A stretch of DNA of 64,000 nucleotides from Podospora anserina (GCA_017654855.1 CM030333.1:1364001-1428000); one strand, 5' to 3'. Shown: positions 1 through 12,341, counted from the first letter of the stretch. Numbers and translations: made by a program. The notes: generated by a model not told the origin, from the sequence alone.

Positions 1-2
1 CC

Positions 3-800
3 CGCCCGGAAGTCATTGAGGGCAAAACCCGGCCTGTCAACAGGACATACTACTACATCGACTACCAGCAAACCGTCGACGCCATCAAGTGGCGCGTCTA
101 CAAGACAGACAAGGACATGCAGGGCATCGCCAAACCACAGGACGAAAGCAAGGAGTATTCCTGCCCCAGGTGTAAATCCCAGTGGACGCAGCTAGAAGTG
201 CTGGACAGCGTGAGCATAGAGGGGTTCTTGTGTCTACGATGCGAGGCTGTGCTTGAGAGGAGTCAAGAGCAGGAGCAACCCGGTCATCAGCAGTTGTCGA
301 GGATGAATAACCAGTTTAAATTCATGACGGACATGCTGCAGCAGATCGACAAGGGGCTGGTGCCAGAATGCAGTTTTGACAAGGCGATTGCGGTGGCGAG
401 ACCGATTGTACGGGAGGCGATGCATGAGGTTTTGGCGAGCGTGCCGGTGGAGGATGCGGGGGGGATGGGGAAGCCGTCTGCGGTCAAGGGGTTGGCGAAC
501 ATGGGGCCGAAGACGATGCAGGTTACGATCAGTGATGGGAATGAGGAGGCGGAGCTGATTGAGAGTAGGAAGAGGAAGGAGAGGTTTTTGAGGGAGAACG
601 CGCTGCCGAGTTGGATTACGGATAGCTCGGTGCCGGCGCCGGCTGCGACGGCTGCGCCCCCGGTGGTGAGCTTTGAGATGAGGGATGCGGATGGGGGGGA
701 TGGGGGACGGGTTGGGAAGAGGGTGAAGGTGGAGGGGGAGATGAGCTTTAAGATAGAGGAGGATGAGGAGGATGATTTGGAGTTTGAGGATGTGGTTTAG
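3..800 (+). CDS. TFA1: Transcription initiation factor IIE alpha subunit, 3' part (starts before the window)
   Basis: Frame is open from position 3 (RTYYYIDYQQTVDAIKWR), followed by the zinc ribbon YSCPRC...FLCLRC, the NALPSWI motif and an acidic tail ending DLEFEDVV. All are typical of fungal TFIIE-alpha. Confidence 0.9.
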   Translation, partial: RPEVIEGKTRPVNRTYYYIDYQQTVDAIKWRVYKTDKDMQGIAKPQDESKEYSCPRCKSQWTQLEVLDSVSIEGFLCLRCEAVLERSQEQEQPGHQQLSRMNNQFKFMTDMLQQIDKGLVPECSFDKAIAVARPIVREAMHEVLASVPVEDAGGMGKPSAVKGLANMGPKTMQVTISDGNEEAELIESRKRKERFLRENALPSWITDSSVPAPAATAAPPVVSFEMRDADGGDGGRVGKRVKVEGEMSFKIEEDEEDDLEFEDVV

Positions 801-1451
801 GGGGGGTTGCTGGGGTTGTAAAGGATTTCATGGGGGTCGATTCGGAGGCTGCTGGAGCGGTGGCCGTGAAGGATGAGTCTACAGATGATGAAAAGGGTGT
901 GGATTTGGGCAAGGATGAATTGGAGGACGATGATTCGGACGGCTACTATTCCGAAGACGACAAAACTTGGTTGGCTATTATAGGTCATGGTGGGAAAGAG
1001 ACCGGCCATGCTGAACGAGAATGCCATCTGGGGAAGTCGCAGGGGTGGCCTCTGCTTTGAGAGAAGTGGTAGGGGAAGATGGGGATTTGGAGGCGTGGAC
1101 ATGGCTCGCGTTGCTGGATGTGAGCGGGGAGCGCAGCGATGGTGTGGCTGATGGGGCGCTGAAGGAGATGTCATAAACCTTCAGTCTGAAACACTCCCCT
1201 ATGGCACCAGCGTTTTTCATTCTTTTTAATCTTTTGGACAGGTTATAACAAAAAGCGGAAGGTAGGCGGCATCAGCATGTGTTCTTTGCATTTTCCCATA
1301 CCCAACTGACGGGGGATTCGGTTTGGGTTGTTTGGCGTTTTGGGGGGTCTAGTCTGGTCTGGTATATACCGGTTTTTTTTTCATGTTTTTTTTTCACACA
1401 CCTGGAAAGCTATAATTTGACGACGAGCTGTTGTGGAGCGGAAAACCAAAG

Positions 1452-1452
<1 letters not shown>

Positions 1453-1538
<86 letters not shown>
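1453..1538. repeat. (TG)43 microsatellite
   Basis: Perfect TG dinucleotide run between convergent TFA1 and SMC1. Confidence 0.98.
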
Positions 1539-1539
<1 letters not shown>

Positions 1540-1941
1540 ACAACAACGGCCAAATAGAGTGTGGTATTTGTATTTAGACAATAGGAAGGAAAGAAAAGAG
1601 AGAACAAGAACTGAGAGGAGCTCCCATTAGCTCTGATATCATCATCAACAATCCCTATCGCTCGTGCGCCTTCGCTCAAAAGCAAGCAACATTTGGAAAA
1701 AGTGTGATGAACAAGAAATGAAAACAAGCAAAAAGTAGTATTTCCTTGAAAAAGAAAAAAAAGATATCGCCTCCCTTGATACCTGAGAACCCTGCCACGC
1801 AAATAAACATAAAACAAAGAGGTAGCAACAACACCCCCAACACCTCCGCCAACCAACCAACCGAACCCCGACCAAGCCATAGTCCCCCTTATTTACTTAC
1901 TTCCCTTCCCATTCCCACCCTACACCTTTTAGCCATGTTGT

Positions 1942-4900
1942 TTATACATACTTCCTCAACTGCAGTCCACACGTCAGCAAACCTGTCTCAATGTTTTCAG
2001 ATAAAAGCAAAAAGAGGTACTCACATCCAGCGTCAACGTCTCCGAACTATTCGCAGCCTGGTCCCTATACACCCCCACAAGACTCTCGCTGTGCTGAAAC
2101 AGCGTCGGCTTCAAGCTGATCACAATAAACTGCATCCCCGGCCCGGCATGCTCCCGGATGTACTTTGTGATCTTTTCCACATTCGCATTATCCAGCGCGG
2201 CGTCCACCTCGTCCAGCACAAAGAACGGGCTGGGCTGGTAGCTATGAATCGCAAACAACAGCGCCAGCGCCGCCATCGTCTTTTCGCCGCCCGACAGGTG
2301 CTCCATGTCCCGGAAGCGCTTGAGCGGCGGCATGGCGTGGTACTTGATCCCGGATAGGTACGGCGTCTCCGTGTCCTCCTCGATGTCGAGATAGGCTTGC
2401 CCACCCAAGGGGTACGCATCACTCCGCGTGAGATCCTTGTACACGTGTGTGATCTGCTCTTGGATGTGGCTGAAGGCCTTGTTAAAGAGCTCGAACCGCT
2501 GCTGTTTGACTCTAGAAAACGCGTCGCGGGCTTCTTTGAGGGCGGTTTTGCTGTCTTCCCAGTCCTTGTCAGTTGACTGGAGCCGGGTCTTGACCGACTC
2601 GAGACGCTCCATGGCGCGCATGTTGGGGTTGAGCTTCTCGAGCTCGGTCGTGAGGGAAGATATGCGCTCTTGGAGCTTATCTTCAAAGTCATCGTCCGAG
2701 TCTTTGAGGTCGTCGTCGAGGTTGTCAAAGTCGATTTCGATGCCGTAGTCGTCCATGGCCGCCTCGAGGACCTCGTCCGCCTCGGCGTCTTCGTCCATGT
2801 CGACGTCCATGGCGTCTTGGTCTTTCTGGAGGAGGACGTCTTCGTTGGGGATGTCGTCTAGAGAACCCTGCTTAAGGGGGATCTGGATCTGCTCCAACTT
2901 GCAGCGGCGCAGGAGGGCGAACTTGCCGGCGCTGTTCTTTTGGACGACGGACTCGAGGTTGGAGATTTCTTTTAGTCGGGCGTCGATGTCTTTGCTTCTC
3001 CTTTGGAGGTCGGCCTTGGCTTCCGAGACCTTCTTGGTCTTTTCGGCGTGTCTGGTCCGGACAACCTCTAGGCTTTCGGAGAGGGCTTCGAGCTCGTCTT
3101 GGTCTTGGCCCATGGCTTCCTCAATGTTGCTCTTTTCCTCCTGGTATGACTGGACTTCCTGTTGGTGCCGCTTGAGTTGTTGCTCCATGTTCTTTACTCG
3201 TTCAGTGCTGGAGCTGAGCTGTGACGTCTCCCAGCTCAAGCTGTTTTGAATGCTCTTCTTCTGGATGTCAAATGCCTGGCGCTTCTGGGCAGCCTCCTGC
3301 TCCAAAGTCCCTTGCTGGGCCTCGTAGTCACGAATGTTCTCATATCCAAGCCTCTTGCAGAAGTCGGCGTAGATCCTATCTTCGACGCCCTGAATGGCCT
3401 TTTCGAACTTCTCCACGGTTGCCCGGGTACGCTCCAGCTCGCCCTTCTTGTCGTCGAATTTGGGCTGGAAGCTCGCCAGTTCCTGCTTCGCGTTGTCGAG
3501 CTCCTTTAGCTTACTCTTAAGATTCTTTTCAAAGGCAGCCAACTCGCTCTTTTGCAGGCGAAGACGCTGCTCCAGAGAGGCAATCTCGTTCTGGAGGTTA
3601 TCCTCAGTGCCTCGCCGTCCCGCTCGTGGCAACTTGGCAATGTCGTCCTTGAACTTCTCAGCCAAACGCGTGAGATTCTCAACATCAACCTGCTCGAACC
3701 GGCGCTTATTGCCCTTGTCCTCATTCAAGCGACCACCCGTCATGGTACCGGCCTTGTGAATCACGTAGCCTTGCAGTGTCACAGCCTTGACCTGGATCTT
3801 CTTGCCATAGACAATCTCCTTGGCCACCTCGAGGTTGTCACAGACCACGGACCCGCCGCAGGCATAGGCAATCGCCCGCTCCAGCGTTGGATCAAAGTCG
3901 ATGGTGTCAATGGTCAATCTGGCACCCGCAATGCCCTTGACGGCAGAGTTTGAGGTGTTTACCTTGATGTTGTCCAACGGAATGAAGGTCATGGAGGGGA
4001 GCCGACCGTCCTTGAGAAACTGGATGCAGTCAACAGCTGTCTTCTCGGTGTCGACAATCACCCCGTCGAATTCGCGACCAAGGGCAGTGATGACCGCCTC
4101 GTCGTACTTCTTCTGTTTCGGCTTGCAAAGCTCACCAACTCGCCCGCGAACACCAGGGTAGATGCGTTTGAGGTCACTGATAATGTTGCGCGTCCTTGTC
4201 TCCCTCTCATTCTGCCGCCTGCCCATGTCCGCATCTTCGAGTTTCCTCAGGACGTCGCGGAGCTTCTCCTCGAGTTCAGTGTGGGTGTTATTGATCCTAA
4301 TACGCTCCGACTGAACACTATTGTACTCCTTTTTCTTGGCGTCGATCTCCGTTGTAATCTGCCTGATGAAGTCTTGACAAGCATCCCGGCGTTCTGTGAT
4401 GACCCGGACCTCACCCTGCAGTTTGTCGATGCTGGCTTCAAAGTTGTCTATCCTGCCACCAAGACTGTTGAATGTCGCCTCGTCGCTCTTCAATTGTCGT
4501 CGCAGATTATCCAGCTTTTGTCGATTGTCTGTTGACTTCTTCATCGCCTCTGCTTGCAGCTTGTCGTATTCTTTCCTGTCCGCATCGCTGAGCTCCTTGC
4601 CCTGCTTCTTCAGCGTTTCGGCCCATTGCTTCTCAAACTGTCGGTGCGCTTTTTCCACTTGTGACAAGTCCTTTGTGTACTTTTGCACAGCCGCCGTCTT
4701 CTCGTCGCGGAGTTTCTTGAGATCGGCAATCCTCTTTCGTAGCATTTCCATATCCCGGGAGCTCTGTGTGATCTTCTCATCAATTGGTACCAGGCTGTTT
4801 TCTCTTTCCTCAATGCTCTTTTCCTTGGCCTTGATCGTCTTCTCGATCTTGTGGACCTCACGGGCAACGCTGGTTTGTTCCTTGCGCGCAGCCTCCAGCC

Positions 4901-5851
4901 TCTTTTCGAATGTCTCAACGTTTCGGCGGAACTCCTTGAGATTCTCCTGGTGCTCTTGAATCTGGGCGCTTGACTCGTCCATCACCCGTTGAAAGTGGTA
5001 CAGCTTCCACAGAATGTGAGTGATAACGGCCTCGTCCCTTTCCTCTGTCTTCTTCTGGAAGTTCTCGGCCTCCTTCTTTTGCTCCTGATACTGCTTGATC
5101 TCGCCATTGATGCCTCTTCTTCTGATGAGTTGAAAGTTTTGGTTTTCGAGAGCCTGCTCTTCCTCGGCCTGGAGTTTCTCGTACTCGGCCTTGTATTCCA
5201 AACTACCCGAGATCTGCTCGATCAAGCGTGTGAGGTCCTGTGGTGACTGCGCAGCGATGGCCTCGACATCACCTTGGAACACCAAAAAGTTGCGCGCCTT
5301 GATCAGGATGTTCTCCGTCTCGAGGGCCTCGTTGTACTGCTGGGCGGTAACCACGCGGTCGTTGATTCGGTACTCGCTAGAACCGTTGCTCGTGATCGTG
5401 CGCTTCCAACTTTGCTCATCACCGGCATCATCTTCGTACACGGCCATTACCCAGGCGGATTTGGGGTCGTTTCTCGTCGCTCTTTGCGAAGAGCCATCGT
5501 CATCGCCATTCTCGACGCCGTTGGTGTGGCCATTGGTGGCTGGTGCAGCTGTGCCGTCGTCTTGGATCTTCGAAGTTTTCATGACCCGGCCGCGATAAAC
5601 CAGGTCGCGAAGGTGCGACGATCGCAGATGTGACGACTTGATGCCAAGGACGAAGGAGATGGCGTCCATCGAGTTGGATTTACCAGAGCCATTGGGACCG
5701 ATGATGGAGGTGAAGTAGGAGTCGCCAAACAAGAGTGTGTGGTGGCCCTTGTAGGACTTGAAGTCTTTGAAAGCACTGTTAGCTTTAACCTACAAGACAT
5801 GGCCAGCAGGTATCACGTACTGAAAAGCTCGAGGCGGAGGAGCTTCCCCAT
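1942..5851 (-). CDS. SMC1: Cohesin subunit SMC1; exons 5851-5821, 5764-2025, 1959-1942
   Basis: Spliced start MGKLLRLELFN/FKSYKG, Walker A GPNGSGKSN, long coiled coils, hinge, signature LSGGEK and Walker B FFVLDEVDAALD. GT-AG introns at 5765-5820 and 1960-2024 give the C-terminus TLDLRKYV*. Confidence 0.96.
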
Positions 5852-5895
5852 GGTCGCGGTGGCCCCGACACGCGGAGCGGGATGTTGTCGAAGAG

Positions 5896-5985
5896 TCGCG
5901 TCAAATGGAGGGGATTCGCAAGGGCAATTGCGCGGTCAAAGGGCCCGTAAAAATAGTGGCGCGACGGTCGGGACGAAAACGCGCG
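5896..5985 (-). promoter_or_regulatory. Candidate MCB-like (ACGCG) cell-cycle elements upstream of SMC1
   Basis: TCGCGT at 5896-5901 and AACGCGCG at 5978-5985. MBF control of cohesin genes is established in yeasts; its use here is inferred. Confidence 0.4.
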
Positions 5986-6184
5986 CAGAAATAGATACGA
6001 GAAGAAAAAGAAGTGTTGGTGAAGCAGTCTTCAATCGCGCCAGGACCATAACCGAACGGCCTGAATTTACCATCGCGACGGGAAGGGCGCCGTTATGGTG
6101 GGGGAGCGGGTGCACGTGCCATATCTGCCTAAAGGGTTAGGGTTGGTTGGCGCTCTGTAGCCATGTGTAAGATGACGGTCTGCT

Positions 6185-6260
6185 TGAAGAGCGAGTGTAG
6201 CTCAAGAGCTATTCTAGTTGCTTAAGAGCTATGCTAGTTTCTCAAGAGCTATGTTAGTTG
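6185..6260. repeat. Tandem array of ~21-bp units (CT(C/T)AAGAGCTAT..TAGTT), three clear copies plus one degenerate
   Basis: ctcaagagctattctagttg / cttaagagctatgctagttt / ctcaagagctatgttagttg. Confidence 0.8.
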
Positions 6261-6298
6261 ATATTGCTTTGGACTATGGTTGGCGCATTCGTGAGCAC

Positions 6299-6524
6299 TA
6301 CGCTGTAGACAAGTAAGGCAACGCACATTGTATTCTGAACCATAGGTACCTGACAAAAAAGTTAATCTGCCTCGAAAGATAGTTCGTAATATGCCTTGAA
6401 AGATAGTCAGTATGCCTTCAGAGATAGTCAAGAGGCCTATCAACTATCTTCCCCAGCATAGCTCAGAATATGGATATTTGTTGATTTGATACTTTTGCAG
6501 TGCCAATTATTTGTCCACAGCATA
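6299..6524. mobile_element. Degenerate MITE-like element related to 30674-30865
   Basis: Imperfect inverted ends (TACGCTGTAGACAAGTAA ... TTATTTGTCCACAGCATA). Internal ~19-20-bp repeats GCCT..AA.GATAGT; gtaatatgccttgaaagatagtc here matches gtaatatgccttcaaggatagtc at ~30710. Confidence 0.6.
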
Positions 6525-7222
6525 CACTCATGAAGTTGCTGTTTCACGGAGATGATTGACATGTGAAAGGTAAACATCCGACTATTAATGCAAAGCTGCC
6601 TTTTACTTCCAAATGGGCACTCATGTCTGGCTACCTGAATATGGAGTCATCTGATCGAAGCAGAGCTGCGATGCAACCGGCAGGCAATTTGAGGTCGAAA
6701 TGGAGGTCCACCTCGTCAAAGGACGGGACCGAAGCCAAGTCCTGTTCCATGATGGTGGGTGCCGTTTCAAGCCTTCTGGCCACTGAGCGAAGCCCCTCAG
6801 AACACGCCCAGCGCTGCAGCCAGTGAGGGCAGGGGTCTGGGGGCCTGGGGCAGACGCTAAATATGCAGCAACAACGTCAACACCACCTTTCTCCTCCGCT
6901 TTCTTGGTTGTCCAAGTCAGGTCTGGTGGTTGCATCACAAGCTGCCAACTCTGCCCACGACGGTGTCACCCTCACCCTCACCTTCACCTTCTTAACTCAT
7001 GTCTGACTGATTTGTTGTCCACCTGCCCCTCTCTGACGTTGCTCCATCTATTCACTTCAGGCAGCGCACCAGGCACCAAAGCTGTTCCACTTTCTTTTAG
7101 ACCCAACCTCTGCGACAAAGAGGCCACCGGCCACATATCTCCCCTCCACTCCTCGACTGAAATATTGGACACGGTCCGCGTTTAAGGATACTTTACAGAC
7201 ATTCGAGATCAAGACCGCAATC

Positions 7223-8854
7223 ATGGCCGAACCAGAAGTCGCATCAACTGACAGCGAAGCTGTCCCTACACCAGAAAACAGCACCCCCCTCGATGATGCC
7301 TCTCCTCTCGAAGAACATGTCCCCTCCATCGATACGCCAACCCTCGCGCCCACCTCCCCCGAGTCCCGTCTCTCTCGAAACCCTTCATTCTCCGGCAGCA
7401 GCAGCACCTACCAAGAAGACTGGGACTCCAACTTCCCCCCTCTGGACCGCCTAACTGTCTTGGAGCTGCTCGATAACTTCACCCTCCCGCAACAGCTTGA
7501 GAAACTCCAGAAGGGCATCTCAGCCCAGACTGAGAAAGTGCGCAAGTCCCGCGAAGCCTTCAACACCAAATCCCGCCAAGCCCGCGAGCGCATGGTAGAC
7601 GAATGGCGCCGTCGTGTCCCCTCCGCTGAAGAGCAGCTCGACCGGTACCGCAAGCGCATGAGGAACTCGGTCGACAAACTCGGGAAACGATGGAACGACA
7701 CCAAAGCTATCACCCTCCGCGAGAAGATCTCGTTCATCTTCGGTGTCATGAACATTTTTGTCTCGGGGTATCTAATCGGCGGCTGGCCAGAGTACATGCA
7801 CTGGTGGTACACCATCCAGATCCTGTACTTTATGCCTATTCGCTTCTACACCTACCACAAGCGGGGATACCACTACTTTCTCGCCGACCTCTGCTACTTT
7901 GTCAACTTTCTCCTGTTGTTATCCGTTTGGGTCTTTCCAAAGAGTAAACGGCTGTTTACAGCCGTGTACTGCCTCGCATTTGGAAACAACGCCGTGGCAA
8001 TCATCATGTGGCGCAACTCGCTGGTCTTCCACTCGTTTGATAAAGTCACCTCGCTCTTCATCCACATCATGCCCTGCGCGACGTTGCACTGCATCGTTCA
8101 CTTAATCTCCCCCCAACACCAAGCCTCTCGCTTCCCAGCAATTTACACAATCAAGCACTCTCCCGCTGGCTCGCCAACCGCTTACGCCAACGTCCTGAGC
8201 ATGCTAGCCTGGTCCACAATCCCGTACGCGATCTGGCAGTTGAGTTACTACTTTTTTATCACCGTCCGCCGGAGAGACAAAATCGCCGCCGGCCGCCCGA
8301 CATCCTTCACCTGGCTCAGGCAATCGTATTCCAAAGTCTGGATCGGAAAGTTTGTGTTGGGGCTCCCGGAGGCGTTGCAGGAGCCAGCGTTCATGTTTAT
8401 ACAATATGCATACGCGGTCCTGACGATGCTACCGTGCAGCCTGTGGTTTTACTACAGGTGGGCGAGTGCGGGTTTTTTGGGAGTGGTTTTTGTTTGGTCG
8501 GTGTACAACGGGGCGACGTATTATATTGACGTTTTTGGAAAGAGGTTTCAGAAGGAGCTGGAGGCGATGAGGAAGGAGGTGGAGAGGTGGCAGGGTGAGC
8601 ATGAGGGGTTGGTTGGTGGCGGCGGGGGGAGTGGTCATGGGGAGGAGAAGAAGGTTGGGCTTGGGGAGGGGATTAGTGGGAAGGTGCTGGATGAAAGGAG
8701 GGAGGGGGATGAGGATGGGGGGAGTGGGTTGGATAATATTCCGCTGTTGAATGATGAACGGCCGGCGGCGGCGATGGTTACGGGGTTGGAGGTTGATGAT
8801 GGGGGGGCGAGGGATGTGGCTAGGGAGAGGAGGCAGGGGAGGGGGGGGATTTAA
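7223..8854 (+). CDS. GPC1: Glycerophosphocholine acyltransferase Gpc1 (DUF2838 family), multi-pass membrane protein
   Basis: 543-aa intronless ORF with REKISF, HYFLADLCYFVN, WRNSLVFHSFDKVTSLFIH, GRPTSFTWL and NGATYYIDVFG motifs. Confidence 0.88.
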   Translation: MAEPEVASTDSEAVPTPENSTPLDDASPLEEHVPSIDTPTLAPTSPESRLSRNPSFSGSSSTYQEDWDSNFPPLDRLTVLELLDNFTLPQQLEKLQKGISAQTEKVRKSREAFNTKSRQARERMVDEWRRRVPSAEEQLDRYRKRMRNSVDKLGKRWNDTKAITLREKISFIFGVMNIFVSGYLIGGWPEYMHWWYTIQILYFMPIRFYTYHKRGYHYFLADLCYFVNFLLLLSVWVFPKSKRLFTAVYCLAFGNNAVAIIMWRNSLVFHSFDKVTSLFIHIMPCATLHCIVHLISPQHQASRFPAIYTIKHSPAGSPTAYANVLSMLAWSTIPYAIWQLSYYFFITVRRRDKIAAGRPTSFTWLRQSYSKVWIGKFVLGLPEALQEPAFMFIQYAYAVLTMLPCSLWFYYRWASAGFLGVVFVWSVYNGATYYIDVFGKRFQKELEAMRKEVERWQGEHEGLVGGGGGSGHGEEKKVGLGEGISGKVLDERREGDEDGGSGLDNIPLLNDERPAAAMVTGLEVDDGGARDVARERRQGRGGI

Positions 8855-8930
8855 TTTTGTTTTTTGAGGAGGGAAGGGATGGATGGGTTTTTTTGTTTTT
8901 CATTTGTGGTCTCGCGTGTGTGTGTCTGGC

Positions 8931-9000
8931 GTTGTTGTTGTTGTTGTTGTTGTTGTTGTGGTGGTGGTGGTGGTGGTGGTTGTTGTGGTTGTTGTTGTGG
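8931..9000. repeat. Compound (GTT)n/(GGT)n microsatellite
   Basis: Directly visible in the 3' flank of GPC1. Confidence 0.95.
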
Positions 9001-9149
9001 GAATAGGTTAGATTGTGGATTTTGGTTCGGATATATACCCCCGCTTCTTTTTTATTGACATGAGAGAATAATGAGTCTGTTGCAAAATTATGTTTGACTT
9101 TCGATGAGAATGTGGCATCTTTTGTGAGTTTGCACGTCATGGGAAGTGA

Positions 9150-9395
9150 AATTAAGACCTTAAATAGTAGTTAATGGAGCGTAAAAGAAAGTTGTAGGCC
9201 TTGAAAAGGATCTAACAGGACTTGAAAAGAACCAACAGACTTTAAAAGATGGTCGACAGGGCTTAGAAGATAGTAAAAAGGCCTACTGCTTCTTGGTCTT
9301 TTTGGTTTTCTTTTTTTCTTTTTTTTTTTTGGGAGAGATAGGTTACAATATGATATGCGTTGACTTGCATTGCCCACTATTGTATCCAGACCGTG
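9150..9395. repeat. Degenerate internal-repeat array of the same short element family
   Basis: Several ~19-20-bp units (aggccttgaaaaggatct / aggacttgaaaagaacc / agactttaaaagatggtc / agggcttagaagatagt) resemble those at 6370-6440 and 30715-30785. Ends are unclear. Confidence 0.45.
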
Positions 9396-10432
9396 ACTGG
9401 GTAAGGATTTAGGAGAAGATCATTTGGATGAGCGAGGTTGCCCTCGACATAAAAGAGCAACAACAGGCCAGGTTCATTTCAAGCTCAGTAAAAACTCGGG
9501 ATAAAAGCATCTGATCATGGAAACTAGCAAGATACCCTTTCACTTCGAGCCGAATAAAGACTCCTGCCGCAATCACACACACCGACTCCATAATAAAGCA
9601 GAGATGAGAAGCAAATCCATTTCATGCAACCACACCACCTACCACCATCAACACCACCCACCCACCCAGCTACAAAGCGCAATCATGACCTGGTTTCCAA
9701 TAATGTACAACAAACAAGCCCCGCTTATTCCCCCCCCCCCAAAAAAAAATAATGAACCAATCGCCATAACAATTTAAAAAAAGTCAATTAATAAACAACC
9801 CATGAATCCCGCTTTCATACTCTAGCAAGAAAGAAAAGAAAAGAAGACATAACCCAACACCTCCTCCCACCAACCAAACCATGATAAACAAATTCCGCTT
9901 TGTTGAAAGAAAGATGGCAAAAAGAGCCCCGGGTATTGACCACCACCTCCCATCCAGATGTCCCATGTTACCCAGCCAGCTCCATTCCATCCATCAATCC
10001 CCCCTTCCATATCCATGATGATCGATTGATCCCTTTAACCCCAACCGACCCACCGACCCAAAGCCAAACCAGAGACACCATCATCATCAACACCACCACC
10101 ACCACCACCAAACACCCAACACCTTTGCTTTTGATTGAAAGAGTTCCGTTTCTCCCCCAAGTGTTGTCGTCGTCGTGTGTCATCCACCTCGTAAGTTTCG
10201 TGTCATGGTGTACACTAAAAAAAACCTGTCAGTCGCTTGCCCCTTCCATATATGGAAAAAGGGGAGGAGAAACTAACAAATCTCAATTGAGAGAAAAAGA
10301 GAGAAAAATCCATCTCCTGCTCGCTGCAAGCAAAGATAAACACTTTCTTCCCGCTGATTCCCCCGCCCCCAACTCCAAAAGCCACTTGCTCGTCGTCTGG
10401 CTCAAGAAAGCATGTGAAAGTCACTAACCCTT

Positions 10433-12341
10433 TCACCTAATTACCCCCCACTCCTGCAACCTTATACTTCCCCCGCCCCCCTCCCCATCCTCCCCCATCC
10501 TCCCACCCCTCTTCCCAAACACGTTCCAAAACCTCAACGTCTCGTCCCCCGCCCCCGTGACCACCACCCTCCCGTCCGGGCTCATAGCCAGGTACAGCAC
10601 CCGATAAGTGTGCCCCGTCAAACTCGCCACCTGCGTCATGCTCGGGTACTTCCACACCACAATCTGGTTCTGGCTGTACCCATGCGTCGAGACAATCTCG
10701 TTTGAGTTCTTGCTCCACGCCAAGTTGCAAACCTGGCTCCCCGTGTCAATCTCATTGACAACGGTCCCCCTCACCGTATCGTGGAAAATGATCCGGCGGT
10801 CGGCCGTACCGCCACCGGAAGCCAACAGTCCACGTTGGTGAGGGCTCCAAGCAATCGCCTTCACCGCGGCGGTGTGGTCCGAAAACTTCCACAGTGGCGA
10901 GTCCGAGAGCTTATCCCAGACCATTAGTTTGTTGTCGTTCCCTCCACTCGCCAGCTGCCCATCCTCGCAATTCCATTTTAGTCCGCACACTTCCTGCTTG
11001 TGCCCGACTAGCTTCCTCATCCACGGATCTGGGGCTCGCACATCACGGTGGTATATGGACCGATCCCGCGAGCCAGAGGTGAGGATGTGCGTGTTCCAGG
11101 CCAGAGCACCCACACGGTTAGTGTGGCCTACCATAGTCCTCAACCTTCGCTGCCGCTCCGCATCCCAGATTTGCACTAGGCCCTTTCCAGTTCCGATGGC
11201 AATGTGTGTGCCCTTTTGTATCCACGACACGCTCGTAACGGTGTCGTCTTCTAACGTGCAGAGCTTGTTGACGCGACTGGTCTGGGCGTTCCACATGTAC
11301 ACGCTCGATCCCAGGCCGACGCCTAATACATTTGCGTTGCCCCAGTCAACGAGGTTGAGGTAAAAGTCATCTGCGAGCTCGGGAGCATCCAACACCTTAT
11401 ACGGAACCTTGCTCACGGCACGCGGTTGTCGCCGTGGGCTGAGGAGCAGTTGCTGACTCCCATATCTCACTGGCGATAAGCTGTACACTTCGGACCGGGT
11501 GTCCAAGTTGGGCCCGTGTCGACTTTGTGGCGTCCTTGAAGGTGTTGGATGGCCTGCAATGCTGTGACGAGGCGACATGTAGGAGAACAGATTCTTGTGT
11601 GGTGTGGATGGTGTCAAATTTGATGGCAAAGATGATGGTGGTGGCCCGTTTGGTGGGGTGTGTGATCTGGTGGCATGGCCGTGGGAGAGCCTGTTGTGCT
11701 CTGGTGACATGGAAGGCGGTGACACCTGTGGTATCGAATTCTCAAACAACTCTGTCCGCAGCAGGCGGGAGAATGTCCGATTTGCCTCCTCAGCTGCATT
11801 CGAGGATTAGCTACATGGCACACCCAGTTGAGTTCACGGGACTCACTTCTCTGATAGTGAAGCTCCCCATGCGGGGTCCGCTTCTTTTGTCTTGATGGGG
11901 TCGCGGGCGACCCATCTTCATGCAAGAGACTGAAACTTGCCTGGAGGTCTTGGCCAGACCGCGTGGGAATAAAGCTATGAGCGACCAGTCAGCAACAAGA
12001 ACAGATGAAAAAAAAGTCAAAAAATCAACATACCGGTCACCGTTGATCCTTTGCCGTTTCCTACTCGGACTAGCTCCAGGTGTGCTTTCTCGGTGCTGCC
12101 GACCGATTTCCCGCCGCAGCGCGTGGTCGACGGCATCCAGTCCAATGTCGGTGGATCTTGAACTCGACCGTCCATTTCTCGAGCTTCCGGCATGCGACGG
12201 TTCCACCTTTAGACGTTCCCCTGGCGGGGGAGGCGTCGACAACCTTGGACTGGCGGCGGCCGAACTGTGTGACTCCTGGATTGGCCTCTTCATGGTGGGA
12301 GATAATGCAGCGCCGTTTGAAACGTCGCCGTTGATACCCAT
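10433..12341 (-). CDS. CDH1: APC/C co-activator Cdh1/Fizzy-related (WD40); introns 11975-12033 and 11794-11846
   Basis: Splicing restores the C-box DRFIPTR. Also KVLDAPELADDFYLNLVDW, WD40 repeats with GHKQEVCGLKW and ASGGGTADR, and a C-terminal IR tail. Confidence 0.93.

Noticed and set aside
1279..1630. ORFs with (CV)n or (HT)n repeats
   Set aside because: Translation artefacts of the TG microsatellite.
6185..6440. Short regularly spaced repeats as a CRISPR-like array
   Set aside because: Eukaryotic context, tandem units without unique spacers, and no cas genes.
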